DNA of 64,000 nt, from positions 1 through 64,000 of the forward strand of contig JAVECO010000046.1 in NCBI GenBank assembly GCA_051942205.1. Reading direction: 5' to 3'. This document shows positions 36,646 to 48,300 of this stretch, in pieces (the stretch's first letter is position 1; the number at the start of each line of letters is the position of its first letter). The notes beneath the pieces were generated by a model. The model was not told the DNA's origin. It worked only from the letters and a program-made list of their open reading frames with translations, and did no database searches. The DNA comes from Coniocarpon cinnabarinum. Lineage: Eukaryota. Both the position numbers and the translations under genes were made by a program.

Positions 36646-37609
36646 TTGCGTTAGAGCTGGGAGGCCTTCGTAGCAAGTATAATAGAGGATCTGGGTAATG
36701 GGTTTGAATGGCGGTACTTGAGCCTGGCGTTAAGGCAAGCGTAGAACGAGATACGAAGATTACGAGCACTGGGCAGGCGCTGTAAACTACAGCATAGAGA
36801 TACCATATCAGTAGACACATGCAAGCAACACGTTGGGCGTGTTAGCAATGACAGATCAATTCTGCCTTCCAGAGGTTTGGCGCGTCTGCCGTGACTCGCG
36901 TTCCAACACTACTTTGGCTTTCATCTTCCACCTCCACGATTCGAAATATCATTCCCTTTCCCCTCAAATCAGACCTCGAATGCTTCTCCTGCGTTTGCCT
37001 CCTGACATTCTTGTTGGTCATTGAGAAATCTATGGTAGGCGTATGATGTCCTCGAGGCTCGGCTGATGAAACCCCTTGTGATGGTCGAACACACCCGAAT
37101 TTGCATGGTGGACGAGTTGAAGAAAGTAATATCCCCTGAAGAAAATTGACAAGATTGATGCGCTCACCAGTGACTGCCTTGGGGGTCTTTTTATCTGGAC
37201 AGCTGTAGAAGTCTTCATTGGCCTGCCTCGGCGCTTCGAGGGAAGAACATTTGGTCCATCTGCATATGCGTCGCTTTCAAAATATCTTTCTGAGCGGTCT
37301 GACTGGTCAGGTTGACATTGTTGCGCTGCCTACAGATGGCGGAATATGATTCGCTTCTCATGCATGCAGGTTGCACCGTCACATATGGAAAAGTAAGCGA
37401 TTGCTGCGCCTCATGAGTCCTCTTGCGCAGTGTTGGTATTCAGGGTTTCCCTCGCAAGAGTTTGAGACCCGTTGCAGCTTCAGGCTTTCTTTCTGGCTAC
37501 GATTGTACTAAGTGGCACGTTGATAACCTTCAACCAACGCGCTTATCATCATTCTCGCCATAACGTCGTAGGGATATCGATAGCAAGAGGAACAACCGTA
37601 CGTAGTACT

Positions 37610-38290
37610 ATGCCGGGGTCCCCATTATCCAATTCGCCGGCAGAGCTTGCATCGTTGTCAACGTCACCGAGGAACTCTATAATTTCACAAGAACCGTCCA
37701 CGATTATAGCTGGAACTACAATCGTCACCAGCTCTGAGTCTCCTCTGCCGGGTCCGACGGGTCCTGTTGTGGTGACCTCTTTTTCCACAGCCTCAGATGC
37801 AGGAACAGTCTCGAACAACGCAGGATCAACTGGTCCTCCCAACGTAGTAGCTATTGTGTCAACATATCAAACCACCTTAACGCCCGGTCAATCGACACCC
37901 CCAGGCTTCTTGCCTAGCGTATCATCCTCTGCCAACTCAACAGCAGGTACCACCTCCCTACGCACTCCGGGGCCACCACTTAGTGGCGGAGCAATCGCCG
38001 GTATCGTGGTCGGCGTGCTTGTTCTTCTCACCCTCCTCATCGCCCTGATCCTCTACAATCTACGCACACGCAAGCGCCTTCGAACACTTCACCAGCGCGT
38101 CTCTACTTTACCTGAAGGAACAATGGAAAAGGCTGAGTTGCCAGCAAAAGAAGCGGGCTTATGGCAGAGAATGTTGGGAAGTAGAGGGAACAACGGGGAA
38201 CTTCCCAGTCAAGACGAAACAAAGATACGGGCGGAGCTGGAAGAGTCTAAAGTCGAGCCCGCTGAGATGCAAGCAGAGATCCCAAAGTAA
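37610..38290 (+). CDS. Ser/Thr/Pro-rich single-pass membrane protein (Mid2/mucin-like architecture)
   Basis: S/T-rich ectodomain, LSGGAIAGIVVGVLVLLTLLIALIL TM followed by RTRKR, cytosolic xELP/AEL motifs. Start uncertain (frame open from 37472; no clear signal peptide). Confidence 0.72.
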   Translation: MPGSPLSNSPAELASLSTSPRNSIISQEPSTIIAGTTIVTSSESPLPGPTGPVVVTSFSTASDAGTVSNNAGSTGPPNVVAIVSTYQTTLTPGQSTPPGFLPSVSSSANSTAGTTSLRTPGPPLSGGAIAGIVVGVLVLLTLLIALILYNLRTRKRLRTLHQRVSTLPEGTMEKAELPAKEAGLWQRMLGSRGNNGELPSQDETKIRAELEESKVEPAEMQAEIPK

Positions 38291-40554
38291 GGAGTCATTC
38301 ACTTGTCAGTTGGTCTCAACGAGTGTGTGAGATCTCCAGGACTCAGACGATCACACAAAGAGCGTGGGTTCTAAGCAATTCGTCAATGCATACAGACAGA
38401 AGCAGCTCAAACCTCGGGATTTACAACATGTTCTGCTGACGCCACGGCTCCACCGGCGTTTCTACTCTGATTCTCACCGCTCAACATGTTAAGACGGCAT
38501 TCTTAACTTCGCTACAGAAACGTCTGTGAAGACGGGGCTGTAGTGGGGGTATTTAGCTCTCTAGCAATCACAATCGAAGCCATCGCCTGCAAGATTACAG
38601 AACGCCCTGCATTGAGCCAATCTGCTCCGCCTAGCCTGAGACGAAATCAGTATGCACGTTGCAAGCTTATCGGCAAAGCTGGGCAGCTACGACGGGAAGG
38701 CGACCATGATGATCATAAACATGAAAGTACACAAGGTAAGTTCAAAACGTTGATCCAGCTACAGAGTCCACTATGCGATGCCATTCTAACCACCATGAGC
38801 TCGTATCGCGTCCCACAGCCTTTTCAGACGAAGGCGCTTTAATTGTACTCATTGGTGAGTTTCCATGCTGTTGGCATCCAAAGGACTCCTCTCTGTACGA
38901 CAATTTAAAGACGTCGTTTCAAGATCAAGGGTGAGCCTTTGCAAACCAAGCTAAATCGGCCTTCGTACGCACATAAGCGAACTCTCGCACACTCCCCCTT
39001 GGGTGCTACCAGCAGTCAATATTTACTTGAAACTTTGGATTTACGCTTCTCGGAGCGGCTGTGGTTAGCTTATCGTTGCTGCACCCACTCCTGCAGCTCT
39101 GATTACCACATCACTCGCCACATATGTCAACCGAAAGGCGGGCATCTTACGAGCAAAAATTGATGTCGTGGTGTATCTGGGTGTTAAAAATGACAATAGA
39201 CATCACCGTCACGCACCGGACATGACGAAACGAAGAAAACTCATTCATTATGATGGATCGTCTGTTGGTCATTGCAAGCCCAGGTGACAGACCAATCGGC
39301 AGAGCAACGCATCAACGCACCAGCGCACCAACACAACAACACATGATGCAAAAACACCGAGACAGCTCAGCCTCATAGCTCGGTGACCTCCGATATGTAC
39401 GCTCCGACTTGATCCCTGCTCCTGCACCTATCCTTGTTTCTGCGCTTACCCCGGTTTCCGTCTCTGCAGCTTCGGTACCCATCCCTGCACATTCCCTGTC
39501 CACTCCACAACCTCTCCAGATCTTACCCCGTTTCAGGTATATATTCAAAAAATGCCCTTGCATCTCTTGCTATTTCACAGACGCTTCGAAATTCATGCTG
39601 GTGAAGAGCCCAGGGTCTTTTCAAGATGAAACGCATGCTTGCACATGACAGCGGTCAAGCATCCTTGTCCATTCCCCCGGTCTTCTCAAATCATGCAATG
39701 CATAGTGAGTGCAGAGGATCGGGGAAAGCTCTTGCATCTCCGAGAAGACTACCACGCTTGAAGAACATAGCTCGTCCCGTCGGAGAAAACTCATTACCAG
39801 GGAAGTGTGGCAGCGACATGGAGAAAACCGCGAAGGTGGTAATGACAGCTGTCAGCGTCCCTGTCATCTCCACAAAAACCTCCAGATCGCGTTTGCTTGT
39901 GGCAAGTATTCGGCGATACCCTTGCACATTTGGTGAATTACCTTAAATTATGCTTGTTTTTTCAAGGAAAATTTTTCATAATTCTAGAGAGATGTGGGAT
40001 TAGCTTGGAAGCTTCGCTTGACAGCTGTCAAGCACCCTGTCAAGCACCCTTGTTCATCCCACAGAGCCTCCGAATCATGTTGTTTCAAGTATATCATAGA
40101 CAAAGCTGCGCTTCATCGTAGATGGACTTGCTTCATTTGTGAGCATAATAATCGATCATATGGTAATAGCATGATTCATGAAAGATGTACGCATTCGTGA
40201 GACTGCAACTATTCAGACGTCATTCATGGATATGTACCGTTAGACGTGAGACATGGGACGTGAGGACGTGGAGACGTGGAGACATGCGACAAGATCGACT
40301 GCGCTTGACAGCTGTCAAGCACCGCTGTCACCACGTCACTGACTCTACCTCCGACTTTGCTCCCAACCTCTCCTAACCTCTTCCCCCTCGGAAGTCAGTC
40401 CCACATCTCCACGCCACACCGGCTGTTATCCCTCCCCAGTACTCAACGTTACTGTCGTCTCATCGTCAAAGCGAGCCGTAATCTCAAAAATTCGTGGAAT
40501 CTTCCATGAAAGGTCGTAAAAGCTCCCATGCAAGCTCGTTAAGACGTCTCCCTG

Positions 40555-40620
40555 GCCATGAGAACTGCCATGTCAAAGCCATGAGAACTGCCATTTCAAA
40601 GCCATGAGAACTGTCATGTC
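40555..40620. repeat. 23-bp tandem repeat (GCCATGAGAACTGCCATGTCAAA), about 3 units
   Basis: Units at 40555, 40578 and 40601, just past the stop codon of the DUF4185-like gene. Confidence 0.9.
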
Positions 40621-40640
40621 GAACCGGAAAGCCTCCGTCC

Positions 40641-42450
40641 TCATGCAAAATCCAACCGAATCATCTGCTGAATATTCGGCAACCCCGTAAAACTGATGAA
40701 CCAATCCGTCCCACCCTTGGCCGGGTCTTGGAACTCGGGATGGAAAACGGGCCCATAGATGAATGCGCCCTGAAGTTAACATCAGCCACAATCACCCGGC
40801 AACGCACACAGACAGCGAAGCGGGGGAGAGTAGACTCACCTCGCCGCCATCATAGATTTTTGTCTCATCACTCCAGGGCCCTGTGACAGCCGGTGCAGAT
40901 CTCACCGTCAATCCTTTAAGATCAGTCGCACTTCTCGATAAACTGATCCATTGTTTCTTCTGAGTCCAATAAAAGAGACTCCCCGCATTCGTATCCGTTA
41001 GCATTGCATCTGCCAGAGTCGGGCTCGTCAGACGCTCAGCCGTGAAACTCTCGCTGTTGCCATGCCAATACTGAAACGTAGTGGCATCAGTCGCAGAAGC
41101 CTTAGGCACACGTGCCAAATAGACATTTGTTTCGGAACCGGAGGCACCGCCGAGAGCATATAGATAGCCGTCTTGGCCGTCGAAGAAACCATGGTCGCCC
41201 CATAGAGGCTCGCCGTTTGTGGCGTTCCAGTATTGCGCCTGTTGACGATGGCATGTTGGATTGTCAGGTGTGTCGATTTTAGCGATGCCGCCGCCCTTGA
41301 ACATGTCAGTCTCCAGTTTTAAAACAGCGCAAAGAAGTTCATGAGCGGGCACTCCCAAAGTCGCGAGTGATCGTCCATAGAAAAGTGTGAAAGCCAGCCA
41401 AGATCGTGAGGATCTTTACTGAGCTGTTTGAGATGGTGAAGGAAAGAGGTGGGTGAAGCGAAGGAAGAGGAAACTCACAACATAATGATTCTGCGCCTCA
41501 GAACCGGCCGGCACACCCGGAATGACCGGCCGATGATTCAACCAAAACAGACACACACTTTCCGTGTCAGAAACGGAAATAATATTTGAGATGCCCATGC
41601 CCCAGTCTGCAACGGGCGTTTCGCCGTAGGACGCCTCGAAGGGACAGAATTGCGGCGGTAGATTATTCACACCTACAGAAAAATCATCAGCTTCTTCACA
41701 CAAATCCAAGCCCATTCGATTTTTTGGACAAAGGAGCAGTGAGCTCTGAAAAGGAGGATAATGGTCGGAGGGATGGGTTAAGAGTAACGTACCGGAAGTA
41801 GCGAAATCTTTTACCTGACACGGATCCGACGTGCCCATCGCAACCGTATTCGACGCAAAGATATTACACGTAATCTCATCGGAATCAGAGCACCAGAGAC
41901 TATCGCCGTAGGAATAGAGAGAGGTATCGCCGAGTTGGCCGCGCCAGCCGAGGTCACGCACGATGTTTGAAGTCACGGAGGTGACGTTGCCGAGGAAGGC
42001 GGTGGCGGTGGGTGTGAGATTGACGGGGCCTGCGACTGAAGAGGATGATGATGTTGGGTTGGCAAGGGATGAAGCGGGGTGGTAGAAGGGTGCTGAGTTG
42101 GCAGCGGGCGTTGCGGAGGGACTGTTGTCTGGAGGTAGGAGTGGGTCGATGTTTGAGGATTGGAGTGGGTTGGGATTGTATGCAGATGGACCATGAGTGT
42201 TAAAGGGGCGACTCGAGACCGTGGATGCAGCGTATGGGTTATGTGTCTGGCTGTGAGAGACTGCTACTGACATCAAACTACCATGGATGGGTAGAGATGG
42301 GAGACCATGAACTCTGCTTGAGGGATACGACATTGACACAGAGGTTCGCTCATTCCCAGACGATTCTGATCCATTATCGACCGGGTATGTAGGCGAGGCG
42401 GTCGTCACCGTCACCGTCACCCCAAACGCGAAGAGAAGTATTGAACGCAT
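40641..42450 (-). CDS. Secreted DUF4185-like (beta-propeller, glycoside-hydrolase-like) protein with S/P-rich linker
   Basis: Signal peptide MRSILLFAFGVTVTVTTA; RDLGWRG, YSYGDSL, GISNII, LNHRP, PLWGD, DGYLYALG, VYLARVP, FQYWHG, SAPAVTGPWS and last exon GAFIYGPVFHP...RLDFA*. Introns 41792-41673, about 41478-41297 and about 40839-40770. Family call from recalled motif pattern. Confidence 0.75.
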
Positions 42451-42966
42451 GGTCCTTACGAAGTTTTTGAGCCGAGGCAAGTGGAAGGCTTATGTCTCAA
42501 AGATGGCGCTCTTTTGCAAAGACCGCGAGGCTTTGATTCTGCAAAGTGAGAGAGAAGCTCGTATTTTAGTATCCGTACGTCGAAGACATTCGTTCCAGGT
42601 GGAAGCGTGAACAGCGCGATGATGATTAGTGACGGGACACCTGACTGCGTGTTTCATCGACAGCTCGCAAACGCTGTCTGGCGATGACCTCCATCTCGCT
42701 TCGAACATCCTTGAACAACCGGACAACTCTCTGAGAGCCGCGCTGCGCTGATTTCGGCACGCATCCGAACATGCACGAGCGGGGATCATTGTTTGGCAGA
42801 CTTTTCACGCGGTTGCCTCATCGACAGGGGCCAAGCTACTATTCACGAATGAAACATTTTTGTGGACCATTTTGATCTTCATCTTGCGCAAGTGGCAGCT
42901 TACCAATGGGTCAGGCGTCTCACTCTGAAATTGCACCGGGCGGGTGGCTGCGCTGTCGATTCCACA

Positions 42967-44672
42967 TCACATCCTTTCGCCGCGGAAACCCCAGGTCCGC
43001 TCAAGATCCTCAGCGTGCTTGAGACCCTTGGAGATCGTCACGGCCTTGTAAAGCTTTGTGACCCGGTCAAAATGCGGCTCGCCTGGGTTGATCGAAACCA
43101 TGAGCAGCCGCAGGGGGAACAACGTTTTCTGGCCGCCATACAGGCCCATCTCATCACGAGTTGCGTGCTCGATCGCTGCGATGGTCCGCACCACCAACTC
43201 GTTGTATCGTCGCACACTGTACTTCGGGACCAAAGAGCCAAGCTGCCAGCGTTCGCTCTCGGATATCATGCTGCTGGCCATTAGTACATCCACTGCCTCC
43301 CGAGTGTGTGCGACGGTTCTGCTGTACAGAACTACAATGTATGCGGCGAGGATTGCCGAATCCAGATTCCAGAAGTCACCGGAGGAAATTGCGGCATCCT
43401 CCGGCCGAAGGTTCCTCAAGAAATCCAGAAGCTGCGCATAACCAGATGCTTGTTCTTCAAAACGACCAATACAGGTCTTTCTGGTCGCGAGTCCCATCTC
43501 AGTAGATCTATCTGCACTCAGGTAGTCGCCAAGAATGATCGAAAAATCGAAACCAAGATCGTAAAGCCTATGCTCCACAGCAAACATTGAATTTATTTCG
43601 CCAATCTGACGCCATTGTGGATCTAAGAAGCTGGACCGTAGCCGTGACTGGACAACCATGATGAACTAAACGACGTCAACCCTGTGGCGGCACATATTGT
43701 CGAAGCACCACCTACGTTGACATTCTTGATGTCCAGAAGAAATGACTGCCTCCACAATGTATCGAAGCTCTGAGGCCCACGGGTGGTGGCGAGGTTGAAG
43801 ATACCCTGCTGGTGAGCGTTCCATCCGGTGATGGTCTGATTTGGAGACGCGTAGAACTGGGACCTGTTAGAGCTATGCAAGTCTTACGTGCAATATCTTC
43901 GTACCTCATAGATCATGAGTACCCGTGCTGCAGACAATGCTTGGTCGTCGACCATAGGATCGGTAGTGCTCAAATGAGCTTTCAGAAGACCGAGGGCTTC
44001 CCCATACGACTGCTCTGCCTCTCGATACAGCACCGAGTTGCCATTGGCTGCAGCGACTCTGTTGGCTGCCAAGGCTTGAAGAGCAGTCCGCAAGGGGGTG
44101 GCCGGTTCCTCCAATTGAGCGACTCCCATCATCCATTGAATGGTAGGACCATTGCGATCGGATGGATCAGTGGGTAGCCATAAGGTCAGGAACCGAGAGA
44201 CGATGGAAGGGTACGCTCCCATGGGGTCGTCAGATGTTTGAGTGGAAACATCTTCGTCGCGAGGGCTGTCCCCGATTGAAGTAGGACTGGGGTAAAAAGT
44301 GATGGCCGCATCCTCAGATGATGAAGGTCGAGCTCCATACTCTGCACGCGTTGCCACGGGTTCTTCGACACGCTCTCGTCGCTCGGTGCCTAGTCAGCCG
44401 TCTGGTTAGCCGCAAGACGTGTCACGACCATGGCGCAGGAAAGGTCTATCAGGGACTGACCGTCAGCGGAACGATGGACAAAGGTCGCAGAACGTGGATA
44501 GCCTTCACAAGCTTTTCCTTTGCTGATGCAGCGCGCGCAGTGCGGCTTCTGTTCATCACACTAAGATGGTATAATTAGTACCGAGGATGGTGTCTCTGAT
44601 AGGTTGGGGCGTTACCTTGACTCTGCTCCTGCGGCAGTTGGCACAACCTCTTGATCTCGGCACCCCCACCAT
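42967..44672 (-). CDS. Zn2Cys6 transcription factor (Fungal_trans_2/DUF3468 type)
   Basis: MVGVPRSRGCANCRRSRVK|CDEQKPHCARCISKGKACEGY spliced across intron about 44615-44561. Later exons have YGEALGLLK, LMIYE, WNAHQQG and ATTRGP. Confidence 0.88.
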
Positions 44673-45383
44673 TTGGAGAAGATGATTCGGGGAACCAAAT
44701 TTGTCTAATCTACTAGCAGCGAACGTTGTGGACGGAGAGCACAGACTCCGCGAACGTCGTTATGCATTTCGTATACAATCAGAAGTCGCGGCAAGCTTAT
44801 AGTCTCGCATCAAGTAACTACATTGAGTAAGTGCTCACTGGCACTGCCGCTCCGTAGGGCCCAGATGGCTGGTGTGCATCGAGGAGATGAGCCTGTAGGC
44901 ATCCAAATTACTGCTTGTGACAGGTGTAAACGTCAGTCCACGCAAAGAAGCGCTTGTTGTCGGAATGAGGCTGAGTCTTCCCAGTCTCCATCAGGCAATC
45001 AGGGACCGAGATCAACGGGCTCGGCGCGCTTCGGAAAGATCGTTGTAGATCAGCCGATGTACACGTGACCGTGTCGTCTCAACCTTCCCGAAAAGGAGAA
45101 TGCTCTGCAAGCGTCGAGCCAATGACGGCCGTTTCGTCTTTCAACTTGCTAGGCATCAGCTATATGGTATGCTGGGCGATATCAGCTACATGATATGCAA
45201 TACATGGGAGATACAGCTTGCCACCGCAGAGGTCGCAAAATGTTTCCCGTTCCGTCAACGCCGCGCTCAATGCCTCAATCATTGCATGCCCGGTCCCGGC
45301 CATGCAATATACTCTAGACGTCTGAATACCTCCGTATTTGTGTCTCGTGCGTCGTCATCGTCATCGTACAAGCCTCATCCATG

Positions 45384-48300
45384 CTATGGCAGAAGCGCGG
45401 GATCGACATTGCCTCCTTCCCCTCTCTTCTCACCCTCACCCGAGTTCTCTCCAGGCCCATTGTCGTCGGTGGTGAAGTCCGCAAACATGGTCTCTCCAAA
45501 ACTGTCACCAGCAATGTTCATTCCGGCCCCATCGGCATCTCCAGTCGGCGGGCCTCCAGGTGACGAGTCGAACATAGTCGTCCCGGCTGTGTCGGCGGCA
45601 TTCTCGTCTAGAAAGCCAGACTGATTATCGCCATTCTCGCTCCCACCTTGGTCTTCGACCCCAAAGGCTTGAGCTTGGCCCGCCAGAGCCGCCAACCCGG
45701 CCGCGTTGCCTGATTCAAACATGTTGTTGGATCCGTGGTTGGGGTTCCCTGGCGTGATGGGAGATGCAGCAGACTCGTAGGGAGATCCCAACGGCACGGT
45801 GGTCGCTGAAGGCGGCCCGTTCAGCCCTGTGGACGGTGCTGAGGCGAACAATGGCGAGTCTAGGCGCACGCGGTTATCGTGCTGCTGATGCTGTGGAAAC
45901 GTACCTGTAGTCAGAGGCGTTCGAAAATTGATAGAGCTTGATGATCCATTGGTCTGTCCCGACGGAAGGTGGCCTTGTCGTGATCCGGCGTTGCCCGAGT
46001 GACTGGTTGAAGATCGACGGCTGGCCTCTGCTGGGTTGCCTGATATGGAGTTGTTCGACTGATGCTGCGACGCACGCTTCTTGGGTATCTTGGACTGAGC
46101 GTCTGCCGGCAGCTCTTCAGGGGTCGACACACCGTGTTGGTTGAGTAGCTTCTGCAGTTTCGTAGGCCGAGGCTTCCGTGTACTCTTCGAAATCTCTTGT
46201 TGCCTCGGAGCAATGCCTGCCACTGGAAACAATCGATGCAGCTCCGACTTGAAAAAGTTTGTCTCTTCAGCCAGTAAGATGTCTCCGCCTTCAATTTTGC
46301 GGAGATAGAAGCGAATCAATGGCGTCTCCTCAGCAGTGAGAACCGCTGTTGATTGCATATACTGCTGTACGTGGTCACGGAAAGCCTGCGCAGTCTCGAC
46401 AATTTCATTAATGGTATCCTCTTCTTCTGGCTGAAACGGCAACCAAGGCATCTCTCTCTGGATGTCAATCATTTCCTCAAGTTTTGGCCGATCTGCATCA
46501 CGTGGGATCTTCTTGGTGTGATCACAGATTGGACAGATAAAATCATCGTCGTCTTTGACTTTGCCCCGTGCAATCTTCAGACACTTGCTGTGATACCACT
46601 CATGACATATGGTGCACTCAATCATCATGCCTGACTCTGGCCGCCGGCAAAGGCAGAACACGTCTTTATTCGACTTATCCTCTTGCGACGTTTCGGGCGT
46701 GACCTCCCTGGAGTTGGGCTCTGCTGGAGGCCGTGGCGTATCAGCAATATCAAAGCAGTACTTGTTGCGATCTCGCACATTCTGTAAGTGCTGGTGCAGG
46801 ATATGAAGAGGTGCATTGGACTTCCCAAATAAACGTTTGCCTTTGCGCATCCAGTCCTCATGCTTCTTCTGCTGGCGCTCAATGTCAATGGCGCCGGCGG
46901 GCTTGCTGGTGAGGTCCGCTATCAGCTTCACAACATCGTTCAGCTCAGCGTAAGCCGGCCGATCTTTGAGATTGGGACTCTGTGTGCGGCGGAAAAGCTT
47001 CTCAATCTCCGCCGACGCCTCTCGCTGCTTTTTGAGGACTGCATCAATCTTGGAAAGGGTGTCGCGAGACACAGGTAAGTCGACAGCTTGTCGAGAGAGC
47101 GCATCAAGCTGAGGAAAATGCACGTTTTCGACGTTCAGTAATTCTCTGGCCTTATTTTCCCACATCTGACCACGAAGCTTTGAATCCTGTAGAATAAGAA
47201 GATACATATTGGTTTCGGGAACTTTGATGGCCTGGGCCTCTAGGAGGAGCTCTTCGACCTCTTGTAACGACTTCGCGTGCGAGGCGTCACTTGCTCTGTC
47301 TCTCCATCGCATTTGGCGCAAAATCTTCTCAAGATGCTCAGATTCCGGCACCTCCACAGGAAAACTCTTGCCCACCTCAATGAGGCTTTCCATACGCTCG
47401 GTGGTGACGGCATCTAAGTCGGAAAGTGCCTGCCGGGCATCTCGCTGGAACTCTGCAATCGCATCTGCTCTTTCTTGCAGTGTGACCATCTCCGGGCACT
47501 CAAAACCGATACGATTGGCCTCCTTCAGCAACTTGTAAAGATGATCCAATTTGCGGAGGTCATCTTCCTTGTCTTCTCCATCAGCGTTCTTGGCTTGACC
47601 GCTCTTCCGCCATGCCTTGCTATTCTTTCGCCGGTTCTGTTGCTTGCGGGTGATGTAGGATTGGGCTTCGTCTACCCATTCGTTGCATCTATCGACAAAC
47701 TTTTTCAGCTCAGCAAGCTGAGGCAAATGCCAAGGGATTCGCTCACCCTCACTAAGTAGTGTTCGAAGTGTTTTCAACTGCGGCTTTGGGCTGTCAACGA
47801 TTGCCGCTTCGAATTTCTCTTCCCACGCTTCCGGCATCCGCGCCTTGTCGGTCACCTTTTGAACCATTGCTTCCAGTCGAAACGTCTGCATGCGCACGTG
47901 TACAACATGACCAGCACTCTCTTCACAACAGGCAGTGTCTGATATGTGATCAAGGCAAGCAACTTTATTGCTGTTCTTGCACACAAATCGTGAAAGGTAC
48001 GCGAAGCCCTTGCAGTAATTGCACAGGTAGACCTCTTCCGGCAGATCTTCCTTGTCCGTTTCACGCTCGAACAAATATTTGAAATCACTCTCAGGCCGAG
48101 GTTTGTACATGTGTTTGTCCTCGACAGCGAACTCAAAGGCATCGCGCCGTTCCTTTTCTTGACGCAGCATACGCTGCAGGGCCGGCGCCAGCCACCTGGC
48201 AGTTTTGATGGGGATGTCTTTCGATGTCGCGGCTGTGAGAAGGAGCTCGTCGTGGGAGAAAGCTGGCTGTCGGCGGAAATCACGTAGACGCTCAGCTCCA

